Below the pieces are notes generated by a model. It was given only the letters and a program-made list of their open reading frames with translations, was not told the origin of the DNA and searched no databases. Positions 42,123 to 53,301 of a stretch of DNA of 64,000 nucleotides are shown here, in pieces. The position numbers and the translations under genes are program-made. The stretch comes from Clostridia bacterium (GTDB lineage: Bacteria > Bacillota > Clostridia > Christensenellales > UBA1242): NCBI GenBank assembly GCA_017625505.1, contig JAGAKV010000011.1, positions 25,212-89,211 of the forward strand. Reading direction: 5' to 3'. Numbering within the stretch: position 1 is the stretch's first letter; every line of letters begins with the position of its first letter.

Positions 42123-42625
42123 ACCATAACCTCTTCAAGGCGTTTGCTGTCAACAATAAGTTGATCATTCTCCACCTTAAAAATCTCCTCAACGTAAGGA
42201 ATATCGTAAGTTCTGCCTTCATTTTCTACAACGAAGATGTCGCTTGCGCCATAATTTAAAATTTCGACAATTTGGCCAACCATATTGCCCTCATCATCAT
42301 AAAGAATAGTTCCGATCAGATCATCAACTAAAAATTGATCGTCCCCCTTCATTTCCTCTAAAAGAGTTTTTGGCACTTTTATCACCAAATTTCTATAATT
42401 TTCCGCATCATTGCGGGTTTTTATCTCATCAAATTTTATATACAAAAAGCCTTGTCGAATCGAAACACGCTCTATATGCATGTTTTTATTTCCGACAAGA
42501 CACTCTGTCAAAACATCAAAAATTGAAACCACATCGGTCAAAAGTTCTGCTTTCACTTCGCCTTTGATGCCTTGTGGCTTTAATATTCTTGCAATTTCGA
42601 TCACATTATTCTCCAAATTTAACAA
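42119..42625 (-). CDS. rimM: 16S rRNA processing protein RimM
   Basis: KPQGIKGEVK motif, a PRC-barrel C-terminal half, and a position between the KH gene and trmD. Confidence 0.85.
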   Translation of the reverse strand: MLNLENNVIEIARILKPQGIKGEVKAELLTDVVSIFDVLTECLVGNKNMHIERVSIRQGFLYIKFDEIKTRNDAENYRNLVIKVPKTLLEEMKGDDQFLVDDLIGTILYDDEGNMVGQIVEILNYGASDIFVVENEGRTYDIPYVEEIFKVENDQLIVDSKRLEEVMV

Positions 42626-42836
42626 AAACCTTTTTGCCTGTTCTTGATGAGATTGATTTGATTATTGTTCTGATGCTTGCAGCAACGTTGCCAGCCTTTC
42701 CAATAACTCTGCCCATATCGTCTGCAGCAACCGAAACATGAATCACTGTTTGAGTTTCTTCTTCTGTTTCGCTTACTCTTACTTCATCTTTATTGATAAC
42801 AAGACTTTTTACGATATATTCTACGATTTCTTTCAT
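42606..42836 (-). CDS. KH-domain RNA-binding protein (YlqC-like)
   Basis: The start is taken at MKEIVEYIVKSL (ATG 42836). GRVIGKAG is a KH GXXG motif. Confidence 0.75.
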   Translation of the reverse strand: MKEIVEYIVKSLVINKDEVRVSETEEETQTVIHVSVAADDMGRVIGKAGNVAASIRTIIKSISSRTGKKVFVKFGE

Positions 42837-42966
42837 TGATTCGTCTCCCTTAAAATAGTCTGATTTAAGTCTAAAGCGCCAAGAAGAATGTTCTTCTTGA
42901 AAACGCTTTTGCAACAAAAATCCTTTTTCCTAAACAGTCATTTAGGACGTTTTAAGCCTTTTAGCC

Positions 42967-43215
42967 TTATTTTGCGATTACGCCGCTCTTAACAAGAAGT
43001 TGTTTTGCTGTTTCAGTTGGAGTAGCGCCGTTTTTGAGCCAAGTTTTTGCTTTTTCTGTGTCGATTTTGATTTCAGCTGGATCAGTAAGTGGATTGTAAG
43101 TTCCGATAATATCGATAAACTTGCCATCTCTTGGTGATCTTGAATCAGCAACGATAACTCTGTAGAAAGGTGCTTTTTTGTCTCCCATTCTTGTAAGTCT
43201 AATTTTTACTGCCAT
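42967..43215 (-). CDS. rpsP: 30S ribosomal protein S16
   Basis: [29 protein letters not shown], 82 aa. Confidence 0.97.
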   Translation of the reverse strand: MAVKIRLTRMGDKKAPFYRVIVADSRSPRDGKFIDIIGTYNPLTDPAEIKIDTEKAKTWLKNGATPTETAKQLLVKSGVIAK

Positions 43216-43284
43216 GTTTTCCTCCTATAAAATTTTGTATATAAAATTGCACTAGGCAATGATATACCATCTTTGGTATTTGGG

Positions 43285-44598
43285 TTACATAAATTTGTTT
43301 TTAAATTTGCCACCCTTTAATTGTTTCATCATCTCTTTTGACTGTTCAAAAGATTTTAGAAGTTGGTTTACTTGTTGAATTGATGTACCACTTCCGTTTG
43401 CAATGCGTTGTCTTCTGCTTGCTTTGATGATTTCTGGATTTCTTCTCTCTTTTGGCGTCATTGATTGAATGATCGCTTTGTTGACTTGCATCTGTCTTTC
43501 GTCAATATCAAGATTTTTGATTTTCCCGCCAATGCCAGGAATCATTCCTAAAATATCTTTGATATTTCCCATCTTTTTGATGCTTTCAAGTTGAACAAGA
43601 TAGTCTTCAAAGGTAAACGAATTTTCTCTAAACTTCTTTTCCATTTCCTTCGCTTGCTCTTCACTGACTGCCTCTTGCGCCTTTTCAATAAGACTGAGCA
43701 CGTCACCCATTCCAAGAATCCTTCCCGCAATACGGTCAGGATAGAAAGGCTCTATATCGCCAATCTTTTCACCAATTCCGGTAAACTTGATTGGTTTTCC
43801 TGTGATTGCCCTGATTGAAAGCGCTGCACCGCCACGAGTATCACCATCAAGTTTTGTAAGGACAACTCCTGTGATGTCAAGATCGCGATTGAAGCTTTCC
43901 GCAACTGTAACAGCATCTTGTCCAGTCATTGCATCCACAGTAAGTAAGATTTCTGTCGGAGTAACTTCTTTTTTGATGTTTTTAAGCTCATCCATCAGTT
44001 CTTCATTGATATGAAGTCTTCCTGCCGTATCAATGATGACTGTATCAAAACCCTGTTTCTTTGCGTGATCAATTGCCTCTTTTGACGTCTTGACTGGATT
44101 TTGAGTGCCTCTTTCAAACACTTCGACATTTGCTTGCTTTCCTACAACTTGAAGTTGATTGATTGCTGCCGGTCTGTAAATATCGCAGGCTACAAGCAAA
44201 ATCTTTTTGCCAGATTTCTTCAGGTGTGCCGCAAGTTTGCCACACATTGTAGTTTTTCCCGCACCTTGAAGTCCACACATCATAATCACTGTTGGAGGTG
44301 CCGGCGAAACTGCCAGTTTTTGCTCGTTTGAAGACATGAGCGCTGTAAGCTCGTCACGTACAATCTTGATGACCTGTTGCGCTGGAGTCAAGCTTTTTAA
44401 AACTTCATCCCCAACTGCCTTTTCAGACACAGACTTGATAAAATCTTTTACAACAAGATAGTTTACATCCGCTTCAAGAAGTGCGATTTTAACTTCCCTC
44501 ATTGCCTCTTTAATTTCAAGTTCTGTAAGGCGTCCTCGTTTTGTCAACTTTGAGAAGATATGGTTAAATTTTTCCGATAGTGATGAAAAAAGTGCCAT
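43285..44598 (-). CDS. ffh: Signal recognition particle protein Ffh
   Basis: NG domain (GLQGAGKTT, DTAGR, TKLDGD) and a Met-rich M domain. Confidence 0.97.
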   Translation of the reverse strand: MALFSSLSEKFNHIFSKLTKRGRLTELEIKEAMREVKIALLEADVNYLVVKDFIKSVSEKAVGDEVLKSLTPAQQVIKIVRDELTALMSSNEQKLAVSPAPPTVIMMCGLQGAGKTTMCGKLAAHLKKSGKKILLVACDIYRPAAINQLQVVGKQANVEVFERGTQNPVKTSKEAIDHAKKQGFDTVIIDTAGRLHINEELMDELKNIKKEVTPTEILLTVDAMTGQDAVTVAESFNRDLDITGVVLTKLDGDTRGGAALSIRAITGKPIKFTGIGEKIGDIEPFYPDRIAGRILGMGDVLSLIEKAQEAVSEEQAKEMEKKFRENSFTFEDYLVQLESIKKMGNIKDILGMIPGIGGKIKNLDIDERQMQVNKAIIQSMTPKERRNPEIIKASRRQRIANGSGTSIQQVNQLLKSFEQSKEMMKQLKGGKFKNKFM

Positions 44599-44907
44599 TT
44601 ACTCCTCCTCTTTGCGTGAAAGTTTTTCTCTCAACATTTCATTTTCCTGTTCGATCGCCTCAAGTTTTTTAACAAAACCCAGTTTCTCTTCATAAAGCTT
44701 CAGCTTTTTCTCTGCCTTGCTTACGCTGTCCATGACGGCCTGCCTTGAAACGCCAAGATTTTCAGCAATTTCGCTGACTGTCAGATCGTAACCGAGATAA
44801 GACGACATGATATCTTGTTGACCACTGCTCAACAATTTGCCATATGCATCAAACAGTTTGTTTAAAATGATGTTTTCTTCTACTTTCATAACTTTCATGT
44901 AAAGCAT
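44599..44907 (-). CDS. ylxM: YlxM/p13-like putative DNA-binding protein (UPF0122); start codon uncertain
   Basis: Sigma-r4-like HTH TVSEIAENLGVSRQAVMDS, immediately upstream of ffh as in other Firmicutes. Confidence 0.75.
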   Translation of the reverse strand: MLYMKVMKVEENIILNKLFDAYGKLLSSGQQDIMSSYLGYDLTVSEIAENLGVSRQAVMDSVSKAEKKLKLYEEKLGFVKKLEAIEQENEMLREKLSRKEEE

Positions 44908-45063
44908 TTTTACTTTACAACGCTATTCTAGCACAAAAAAAAGAAGATTGCAAGTGTTTTTCGCAATCTTTTTATATTTTTATTAAAATTTATTTCAATG
45001 TTTCCCACAGGCATACTTTAAAATGGGCTTCATCTTATCATTTTTAGTTTACAGTAACCCCTT

Positions 45064-46161
45064 TTACTCAGGCAGAAGTTTTACAATAATGTAATTACTT
45101 ACACCATAGTAGTCTGGATTCAAGGTTATAATATCGCCCTGCTGATTAAGAATTCCTTTTTCAACAAATTCAACAAGGTTGCTGTTTGTCGTTATATCAT
45201 AACCCAGTGTTTTCATAACAATTTTGCTTATTCCTGCCTTGCAGCGAAGCCCAAGCATTATATGTTCTTCCAGCCTTTGTTGGTCATTAATCGCTTCTAT
45301 TGTATGTATTCTGTCATAATACCCACTAAATGTAGTATCGTTTGCTATCCTCTTACCATTCAAATAAGAGTGAGCGCCCAGCCCAAAGCCGACATACTCT
45401 TGCCCCGTCCAATACTTGAAGTTATGATAGCTTTCATAACCTTGTTTGGCAAAGTTTGAAATTTCATATTGACTAAACCCTAAAATCGCCAATTTGTCAG
45501 TCATTTTTTCATAAACATCAACGCAGTCATCATCAGTTGGCAGAAGATGCTTATTTTTTTCGACCAGTCGATGTAATCTTGTCCCCTCTTCAACTTGAAG
45601 CATATACGCAGAAATGTGGGTAATTCCAAGCTCTGCAAGTGTGTTAATTTGGGCAAGAAATGCATTTTCGTCCATATCTTTTAACCCAATCAAAAGGTCG
45701 CAAGAAACATTGTCAAAATATTTTTTTGCAAGTTTAACGGCATCAATCGCCTCTATGCTGCTATGCCTGCGCCCTATAAACTTAAGTTGATTTTCATCAA
45801 GGCTTTGCACCCCTAAAGAAATTCTATTTACACCATTTTTCTTATAAAATGAAAGTTTTTCTTCGTCAAGAGAACAAGGATTTGCTTCAATGGTAAACTC
45901 AAGTCCATCTTTCCACTTGAAGTTTTCCTTTAGTGCTTCAAAAAGTTTGCAGATGAGATTTATAGGCAAAATGCTAGGCGTTCCGCCACCTATATAAATA
46001 GAGTCAATCTCGCGTTTTTTTTCTCCAGCAAACTCCTTTATTTCTTCGACAAGGCTGTTTATATATCTTTCTTTCTCATCATCAGTTTTCACAAAGGAAG
46101 AAAAGCCGCAATAAGAGCATTTACCGTCACAGAATGGAATATGTACATACACTCCCAGCAT
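45064..46161 (-). CDS. hemW: Radical SAM heme chaperone HemW (HemN-like, oxygen-independent)
   Basis: The start is taken at MLGVYVHIPFCDGKCSYCGF (CxxxCxxC radical SAM motif). ATG 46161 lies one base after the lepA stop. Confidence 0.85.
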   Translation of the reverse strand: MLGVYVHIPFCDGKCSYCGFSSFVKTDDEKERYINSLVEEIKEFAGEKKREIDSIYIGGGTPSILPINLICKLFEALKENFKWKDGLEFTIEANPCSLDEEKLSFYKKNGVNRISLGVQSLDENQLKFIGRRHSSIEAIDAVKLAKKYFDNVSCDLLIGLKDMDENAFLAQINTLAELGITHISAYMLQVEEGTRLHRLVEKNKHLLPTDDDCVDVYEKMTDKLAILGFSQYEISNFAKQGYESYHNFKYWTGQEYVGFGLGAHSYLNGKRIANDTTFSGYYDRIHTIEAINDQQRLEEHIMLGLRCKAGISKIVMKTLGYDITTNSNLVEFVEKGILNQQGDIITLNPDYYGVSNYIIVKLLPE

Positions 46162-46162
46162 G

Positions 46163-47977
46163 CTATTCTCCGTCATCAAGCTTAAGAATTGACATAAAGG
46201 CCTCTGAAGGAATTTCAACCGAGCCGACCTTTCTCATTCTCTTTTTGCCCTCTTTTTGTTTTTCAAGAAGTTTGCGTTTTCTTGTAACGTCGCCGCCATA
46301 GCACTTTGCAAGCACGTCCTTTCTCATCGCCTTGATTGTTTCTCTTGCAATAACCTTGCCACCAATGGCTGCTTGAACAGGCACTTCAAAAAGCTGTCTT
46401 GGAATGATTTTCTTAAGTTTCTCTGTAAGCACCCTACCCCTTGCATAGGCTTTATCCTTAAATACAATAATTGACAGGGCATCACATTTTTCTCCATTAA
46501 GCAGAATATCAACCTTGACAAGGTCGCTTCTCTCATAACCCGCCATTTCATAGTCAAAACTAGCATAACCCTTCGTACGCGACTTTAAACTGTCAAAAAA
46601 GTCATAAATAATTTCTCCAAGAGGAAGGGTATAGTTCAGCCTTACCCTGTTTTCATCAAGATACGTCAAATCTTTATAAATGCCGCGTTTTTCTTGACAA
46701 AGATCCATAATCGCCCCCACATAATTTGGCGGAGCAAACACGCTTGCCTTCACCATTGGTTCTTCAATATAGTCAATCTCCACAGGGTTTGGCAGCGATG
46801 AAGGGTTGGAAAGCTCAATCATCTCGCCATTTGTCTTATACACGTGATAAAATACACTTGGCGCTGTTGTAATGATGTCAAGGTCAAATTCCCTTTCAAG
46901 TCTTTCTGTTATGATTTCAAGGTGTAAAAGTCCCAAAAATCCACATCTAAAACCAAAGCCGAGCGCCTGAGACACTTCTGGTTGAAACTGAAGGGAAGCG
47001 TCATTAAGTTTAAGTTTTTCAAGACCATCTTTCAGATCGTTATATCTCGCGCCATCAACAGGGAAGATTCCGCAAAAGACAACTGGCTGCACCTCTTTAT
47101 ATCCCGGCAGCGCCTCAGTAATCGGATTGTCAACTTTCGTAATCGTGTCGCCAACTGCCACATCGCTGATCGTCTTAATTGAGCCTGCAAGATAGCCAAC
47201 ATCACCCGCACGCAAAACATCAACTGGTTTTTCATTTGGCACAAAAACGCCCACTTCAGTCACGTCATAAATCTTGCCTGTTTGCATCATTTTGACTTTA
47301 TCGCCCACCTTAAGCGTTCCGTCAAAAATGCGGACAAGGCAAATTGCGCCTTTGAAGTTATCATAATAGCTGTCAAAAATAAGCGCCTTAAGTTTGCCAT
47401 TTTCGTCACCTTTTGGAGAAGGAAACTCTTTGACAATCATCTTAAGCACATCCTCTATGTTTGTGCCCTCTTTCGCTGAAATGCAAGGTGCGTGCATTGC
47501 AGGAATGCCCACCACGTCTTCCACTTCCTTCTTCACCTCTTCTGGCCTTGCCGATGGGAGATCGATCTTGTTTATAACAGGCAAAATTTCAAGGTTGTTG
47601 TCAATAGCAAGATAGGCGTTTGCAAGCGTCTGCGCTTCTACGCCTTGAGAGGCATCAACAATAAGAATTGCCCCTTCGCACGCAGCCAAAGAACGCGAAA
47701 CTTCATAAGTGAAGTCCACGTGTCCTGGAGTATCAATAAGATTAAGCTCGTATGTCTCTCCGTCGAGAGTATAATTCATTTTGGTTGGGGTGAGTTTGAT
47801 TGTAATCCCCTTTTCTCTTTCAAGCTCCATCGAGTCAAGAAGCTGCTCTTGCATATCTCTTTTTGCGAGGGTGCCCGTTTTTTCAATCAAACGATCGGCA
47901 AGTGTCGATTTGCCATGATCGATGTGAGCCACAATGCAAAAATTTCGTATTTTATTTATTCTGTCCATACTCCACAT
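46163..47977 (-). CDS. lepA: Translation elongation factor 4 (LepA); start could be ATG 47968
   Basis: [25 protein letters not shown] and the LepA-specific C-terminal domain. Confidence 0.95.
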   Translation of the reverse strand: MWSMDRINKIRNFCIVAHIDHGKSTLADRLIEKTGTLAKRDMQEQLLDSMELEREKGITIKLTPTKMNYTLDGETYELNLIDTPGHVDFTYEVSRSLAACEGAILIVDASQGVEAQTLANAYLAIDNNLEILPVINKIDLPSARPEEVKKEVEDVVGIPAMHAPCISAKEGTNIEDVLKMIVKEFPSPKGDENGKLKALIFDSYYDNFKGAICLVRIFDGTLKVGDKVKMMQTGKIYDVTEVGVFVPNEKPVDVLRAGDVGYLAGSIKTISDVAVGDTITKVDNPITEALPGYKEVQPVVFCGIFPVDGARYNDLKDGLEKLKLNDASLQFQPEVSQALGFGFRCGFLGLLHLEIITERLEREFDLDIITTAPSVFYHVYKTNGEMIELSNPSSLPNPVEIDYIEEPMVKASVFAPPNYVGAIMDLCQEKRGIYKDLTYLDENRVRLNYTLPLGEIIYDFFDSLKSRTKGYASFDYEMAGYERSDLVKVDILLNGEKCDALSIIVFKDKAYARGRVLTEKLKKIIPRQLFEVPVQAAIGGKVIARETIKAMRKDVLAKCYGGDVTRKRKLLEKQKEGKKRMRKVGSVEIPSEAFMSILKLDDGE

Positions 47978-48149
47978 TATATATCTTTTTTTTTAGGAAA
48001 TCAATTGTTTTTTCAAGATTAGTTGCACATACTAGCCTTATAAAAGCAAAATTTTTTAAAATTAGTCAAAAATCGCTTTATTTTATCTTTTAGTTATGAT
48101 ATAGTAATCATAAGAACAAAATATTGTACGAATAAATATTGAGGTGTTT

Positions 48150-48878
48150 ATGAATTTATTTAATTCTTGGCTTGTTGAGCAACCTATTGCGCATAGAGGC
48201 CTTCACGATAAAGCTGCCCCAGAAAATTCACTTGCCGCTTTTGCAAATGCTATTGACAATGGTTATGCAATTGAGTTTGATGTACGCTCAATTGCTGACG
48301 GAACAGTTATCGTATTTCATGACGAGAGTCTTTCTCGTCTAACTGACAATGACGGATATGTCAAATTTTTAAATAAGGCCGATTTGTCTCTTCTTTCTCT
48401 TAAAGGAAGCGAAGAAAAAATCCCTACTCTCCAAGAGGCTCTTGATTTTATTGACGGACGCGTGCCAATTCTTATTGAAATTAAGAATGACGGAAAAGTT
48501 GGAGATCTTGAAAAAAGCGTGCTTGAAATTCTGAAAAATTATACGGGCGACTATGCCATTCAATCATTCAATCCTTACGTGCTTGAATATTTTAAGAAGA
48601 ATGCTCCTCATATTTTGAGAGGCCAACTTGCAGGTTTCTTTAAGGGACAAAAACTTGCTTTCTTCAAAAAATACGCCCTTAAAAGAATGCTGTTAAACAG
48701 CAAAATCAGCTACCCTGATTTTATCTCATACGAGGCTGCGCGCCTTCCAAATCGATTTGTACGCAAATATAAAAAGCTTCCACTTCTTGCTTGGACAGTA
48801 AAAAGCCAAAGCGAATATATGAAGGTTGTAAAATATTGCGACAACATAATCTTTGAAGGCTTTGAGCCAAATATTTAA
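48150..48878 (+). CDS. Glycerophosphodiester phosphodiesterase family protein
   Basis: GDPD motifs AHRG...ENS and EFDV. The start is taken at ATG 48150 after GAGG. Confidence 0.8.
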   Translation: MNLFNSWLVEQPIAHRGLHDKAAPENSLAAFANAIDNGYAIEFDVRSIADGTVIVFHDESLSRLTDNDGYVKFLNKADLSLLSLKGSEEKIPTLQEALDFIDGRVPILIEIKNDGKVGDLEKSVLEILKNYTGDYAIQSFNPYVLEYFKKNAPHILRGQLAGFFKGQKLAFFKKYALKRMLLNSKISYPDFISYEAARLPNRFVRKYKKLPLLAWTVKSQSEYMKVVKYCDNIIFEGFEPNI

Positions 48879-48965
48879 CCCTAACTATACAAAACAAAAG
48901 TTGAGATAATCTGACAAGTAAAAAAAAGACATACTGATCATATGTCTTTTTTATTAGATTTTTGT

Positions 48966-49502
48966 TTAGTTTTTAAGATAAGCAACTTTTTTAATCCCAT
49001 ACACCCTTTCATCCGATAAAGCAAAGGGCTTATAGTCAATGTCTATGTTTTTTTCTTGCTCACAGACAATGATGCCCTCTTCACTTAAAAGCTTTGCCTC
49101 AGCAATTTTTTCAAGACATTTTTCATAGATTCCGCTTTTGTATGGTGGGTCAAGTATAATTATGTCAAACTTTTGTCCTTTAAGGCGAGAAATCGTCTCT
49201 TCGTAGTCAGCACAAATTACCTTTGCATTTGCTGGCAAACCAATGCTTTTAAGGTTGTCCTGAGTAAGTTTGATCGAGCGCTTATCAAGATCGGCAAACA
49301 CCACCTCTTCCGCGCCACGGCTGAGCGCCTCAATCCCAAGCGCGCCAGTTCCACAAAAAAGATCGAGCACCTTTGCGCCAATAAGCTCAAACTGAAGTTT
49401 ATTAAAAATAGACTGTTTTACCATATCAGCAGTTGGCCTGATATGCTCAAATGGCCTGTCTATAAGTTTTTTACCTTTAAATTTTCCTGCAACAATTTTC
49501 AT
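48966..49502 (-). CDS. rsmD: 16S rRNA (guanine966-N2)-methyltransferase RsmD
   Basis: MKIVAGKFKGKKL start, LDLFCGTGALGIEALSRGA and DPPY motifs. Confidence 0.88.
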   Translation of the reverse strand: MKIVAGKFKGKKLIDRPFEHIRPTADMVKQSIFNKLQFELIGAKVLDLFCGTGALGIEALSRGAEEVVFADLDKRSIKLTQDNLKSIGLPANAKVICADYEETISRLKGQKFDIIILDPPYKSGIYEKCLEKIAEAKLLSEEGIIVCEQEKNIDIDYKPFALSDERVYGIKKVAYLKN

Positions 49503-49603
49503 ATTTACATATTAGCATATTTTATTAAAAAGGTCAAATCTACAACACCTTTTTTCACACAATAACAATTTTTTACATAAACTTGTAGATGTGAGGAGGA
49601 AAA

Positions 49604-50602
49604 ATGCACACAATTAAAAAAATCGCACTCGTAGCCATTTGCCTTATGCTTGCACTGGCAAGCAGCTTGATGTTTGTTGGCTGCGGAAAAGACAATAAAA
49701 TCAGGCTAAATGAAGTGACGCACAGCATATTCTATGCACCGCTGTATGTTGCGATAAACATGGGATTCTTTGAAGATGAAGGACTTGAAGTAACTCTTGA
49801 AAGCGCAACGGGATCTGATGCCTCTATGACTGCACTTGTAAGCGGCAGTGCCGACATTGCGCTGATTGGACCTGAACAAGTTGTCTACACCGAGGATATT
49901 AAAGACCGACCTGTAATCTTTGGCCAGCTTACACAAACAGATGGATCTTTCTTTGTTGGACGTGATGATACAGCCGATTTTAATCTTGATATGCTGAAAG
50001 GGAAAACCATCATTGGCGGTCGCCAAGGCGGACTTCCTGCGATGACTCTTGAATACATCATTGAAGAAGCAGGCCTTACTATCGGAACTGGAGAAGGAGA
50101 AGTCAACCTTCGTACAGATGTTGCCTTCCCTATGATTGCAAGCGAGTTTATAACTTCTGGAAGTGAATTCTGTACACTGTTTGAGCCAAACGCCACCAAT
50201 CTTGAGAAGGCTGGGAATGGCTACGTTCTGCAGGCTGTTGCCACATACTCTGGTCAGCTGCCATACACATGCTTCACTGCAAAAACTAGTTTCCTTGAGC
50301 AAAACAGCGACAAAGCAGAAAGCTTCTTAAAGGCAGTCAAACGTGGCTATCAATATTTAAAAGAACAAAGCTATGAAAACAGCGCGAAAGCCCTTCAAGC
50401 CTCTTTCTCAGGAATGACAATTGAGGAGCTTGCTATCGCTGTAAAAGAATATCTTGCAATCAACGCTTGGGATGATGATATGATTTTATCACAACAATCT
50501 TTCAATCGTTTGATTGACGTATTAAACAATGCAAGTGACGAAGATTACTCACCATCATACAATAACCTCGTCAACAACACCTTTGCGACAAATATCGCAT
50601 AA
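49604..50602 (+). CDS. ABC transporter substrate-binding lipoprotein (NMT1/THI5 / aliphatic sulfonate-nitrate family-like)
   Basis: Lipobox MFVGC-GK and a periplasmic-binding-protein pattern. No permease or ATPase gene is adjacent. Confidence 0.65.
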   Translation: MHTIKKIALVAICLMLALASSLMFVGCGKDNKIRLNEVTHSIFYAPLYVAINMGFFEDEGLEVTLESATGSDASMTALVSGSADIALIGPEQVVYTEDIKDRPVIFGQLTQTDGSFFVGRDDTADFNLDMLKGKTIIGGRQGGLPAMTLEYIIEEAGLTIGTGEGEVNLRTDVAFPMIASEFITSGSEFCTLFEPNATNLEKAGNGYVLQAVATYSGQLPYTCFTAKTSFLEQNSDKAESFLKAVKRGYQYLKEQSYENSAKALQASFSGMTIEELAIAVKEYLAINAWDDDMILSQQSFNRLIDVLNNASDEDYSPSYNNLVNNTFATNIA

Positions 50603-50650
50603 AAAAAAACGGACACGAAGTCCGTTTTTTTATGCAATAAAATCTCTCAT

Positions 50651-53083
50651 TTATACGTAGTAATCTTTGTAGCTTTCGGCTTTTGCTTTTGGAGCCTTTG
50701 TGCCTTTAGCTGCACCGCGTCCACCACGTCCGCCACCTTTACGCTTCTTGATCACAACAATTGTCACAACAACTCCAGTTGCAACCACAACCACGCAAGC
50801 AAGGGTAATCCATAGCCATAAAAGATCTGATGCGTTTGCATTTTTATCTTCCTTTGAAGTAATTTTGATTTTGATTTCTTCCTTTCCGGCAGCATAATCA
50901 AACTTACTCATATCAATATTAAATGAATAGATTGTATTTCCTTCTTCATCCAAAATTGAATCACTTTGGAATGTCGCAGGAAAAACAAATGTAAGCGGAT
51001 CTTGCACTTTGGTTTTTATGTCTTTCTTGAGAGCCTCAACATCAAGCATATATCCTTTTTTGACAGTAATTCTTAATGGAACAATGCCTTTTTTAGCAAT
51101 TTGAATTGCTTCTTCTGTGTTATATTCATTTCCGCCTAGGCTTATAAGCAAAACTTGCTTGTCGTCAAAGGTAAAATTTACATTCGCCGGATCGGCTGTA
51201 AACACAGCAATCAGTTTTACCTCTCTATTGAATGTAACTTGCTGCACTTTCTCAATAGCGTCATATTCTGAATTAAATGCATCTTTCGCATTTCTATTAA
51301 AAACAACCTTCAGTTCGCTGGCAGCAATATCCTCTACTGTTTGCTTCTCATCTTCCCATCCGTCACCGTCTGCGTCATCAGTTTCGTTGGTTGCTTTATA
51401 ATAAACATCCCAATGATCAAAAGCATAAATTCCCTTAGACTCTGCAACAATCTTTTTCGACTTTGCATCATATCTAAATTCAAGTGAAACGCTTTCATAG
51501 ATAGAGCCTACAGCCGCTTCGCTCATTCTAACGCCACCCTCATCGGTATTCAGAACGGCCGCCAGCCCCTCATAAGGAGTTGTTTGCTCTACGCTAAACG
51601 AATATCTCCCTGCTGTGCTAGCGTTTGCTTCAAGAGTAAACGACCACCCAAGCAGTTCGTTTGCTGTAACTTCTGTAGTAACTACATTTTCAGTATTTTG
51701 ATAGATAGTAAGTCTGTCAAACCACCCTTGACAATCGTCTAACAATGTCACCTTAATGGTTACAGGATCACCATACTTAAAGATCTTCCTGTGTGCCTCA
51801 CCTTCTGCCGCTCCTTCGAATGAAGCATCTTTGATCGTTTTGACCGAACTTAGAGCAATTTCAAAATTGCCTTCTGGAATAATAAACTCAAAGTATTCAA
51901 ACTGCTGAAGAACAACTTTCGCACTTTTATAGTCCCAGATAGTATTAAAATCAAATGCCTCAAGTGCGCCGTCAAAAAGCTCTACACTCGTCAAAAGATC
52001 TTTTGTTATGGTTGTATATTTTTCATCAATTGCAGTTAAATTTTGAAGATTAGCCTTAATCGCGATGCTGTCATCTCCTACAGGGTTGATAGCGTTTTGA
52101 AGATAATAGTCATATCGAATGTTGTTTGCAGTATATGCAGTTGGGCATCCACCAATGATGGCACCTGCTTTCAGTGAAAAATTTACATAATCGTGTTCAC
52201 CTGCAACAGTTCCACCAAAAATTGTGTTTTTAACTTGCGTGTTTGTCCCATCTACAACACCTACAATTCCACCAAAATATTGATACACGTCCTCAATAAT
52301 GTCAAGATTTTTCCCACCATAGGTTATTTGCCCAAAATTAAGTGAATTTACAACTACTCCCTGACTAAGCATCCCTACAAGTCCGCCAACTTGAATGCTT
52401 GCCATTTCATCTAAAACAAAGTTCGTAGAATAGTAAGCTATGCAGTCTTCCACGTTCTTTTTTTCTGTGCTTTTTCCATTAAGTCTGCCTGCCAGCATAC
52501 CGAAAGTAACTTTAGAGCCAAGATGAATGTCATCTCGGAGGGCATCTCTTGTTTTTTCAACGCCATCTTCTTCATCAGTATAAGTTTCGGTATATATTTC
52601 TTGCACTGATGTAAGGTCTATTTCACAGTTTTTAATAGTTGTATCATCTCCAAGTCCAACAAGCCCGCCAATATACGCCCCTGTTGAAGACATGTTTCTC
52701 AAATCATATGTAAGCGATCCTTCCAATTTTAAATCTTGAATCGTCGCTCCCTTTGCCCTTGGAATAAGTCCATAACATGATTGCACACTTCCATCTTCTG
52801 GCGCGCCCAAAGTTAAATTTGTAATTTTGTATCCATTCCCATCGAAGAACCCTTGAAACTCGTTTGTGATTTGTGAAATGTCGATAACGACATTCTCAAG
52901 GTCATTTTGAAGCGTAATCTTAGCATAATTTCCATTTAAAGCGTTCTGAAGATCCTGCGCTGTTTCGACCTTTTTTTCTTCGTTTGGCGCTGCTTCTTCT
53001 GCATAAACAAAATTATTTGCAAGCGCAAAACTGCCTGCAAATATCATTACTATTGATAAAATTCCCATCCACAATTTTTTCAT
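50651..53083 (-). CDS. Surface protein with GLUG-type repeats, C-terminal TM helix and a short RGG/K-rich tail
   Basis: Signal peptide ...FALANNFVYA. Recurrent GG(L/I)VG motifs (GGLVGLGDD, GGLVGMLSQG, GGIVGVVDG). TM helix LWLWITLACVVVVATGVVVTIVVI, then KKRKGGGRGGRGAAKG... Confidence 0.7.
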   Translation of the reverse strand: MKKLWMGILSIVMIFAGSFALANNFVYAEEAAPNEEKKVETAQDLQNALNGNYAKITLQNDLENVVIDISQITNEFQGFFDGNGYKITNLTLGAPEDGSVQSCYGLIPRAKGATIQDLKLEGSLTYDLRNMSSTGAYIGGLVGLGDDTTIKNCEIDLTSVQEIYTETYTDEEDGVEKTRDALRDDIHLGSKVTFGMLAGRLNGKSTEKKNVEDCIAYYSTNFVLDEMASIQVGGLVGMLSQGVVVNSLNFGQITYGGKNLDIIEDVYQYFGGIVGVVDGTNTQVKNTIFGGTVAGEHDYVNFSLKAGAIIGGCPTAYTANNIRYDYYLQNAINPVGDDSIAIKANLQNLTAIDEKYTTITKDLLTSVELFDGALEAFDFNTIWDYKSAKVVLQQFEYFEFIIPEGNFEIALSSVKTIKDASFEGAAEGEAHRKIFKYGDPVTIKVTLLDDCQGWFDRLTIYQNTENVVTTEVTANELLGWSFTLEANASTAGRYSFSVEQTTPYEGLAAVLNTDEGGVRMSEAAVGSIYESVSLEFRYDAKSKKIVAESKGIYAFDHWDVYYKATNETDDADGDGWEDEKQTVEDIAASELKVVFNRNAKDAFNSEYDAIEKVQQVTFNREVKLIAVFTADPANVNFTFDDKQVLLISLGGNEYNTEEAIQIAKKGIVPLRITVKKGYMLDVEALKKDIKTKVQDPLTFVFPATFQSDSILDEEGNTIYSFNIDMSKFDYAAGKEEIKIKITSKEDKNANASDLLWLWITLACVVVVATGVVVTIVVIKKRKGGGRGGRGAAKGTKAPKAKAESYKDYYV

Positions 53084-53301
53084 ATTTCCTCCAGCACAAA
53101 CTAGTGCTTTTATTTTTTGTTTTGCATTTTAAAACAAATTAATTAATATTTTTATTGTCGAATAGCATATTTAGTATTTATATATTTAATTTATCATATA
53201 AATTTATTTTTTCCAAACAAATTACAAAATATTTTAAAATAATAAAAATATTACAAAAATAAATATGAATATTTTTTTATATAAAATTTTAGTGGTAATA
53301 A

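Noticed and set aside
53156-53162. Isolated TGTCGAA heptamers (53156-53162 upstream of the GLUG gene; also inside rimM near 42450) as Spo0A boxes.
   Set aside because: A single 7-mer is expected by chance several times in 64 kb on two strands. Only the four phased copies at 56197-56236 are statistically and architecturally notable.
53084-53301. The sequence TTACAAAATATTTTAAAAT in the AT-rich spacer as a further copy of the 18-bp palindrome.
   Set aside because: Only the central AAATATTTT core matches and the outer arms differ (TTACAAAAT/ATTTTAAAA is not self-complementary). In DNA this AT-rich the resemblance is not meaningful.
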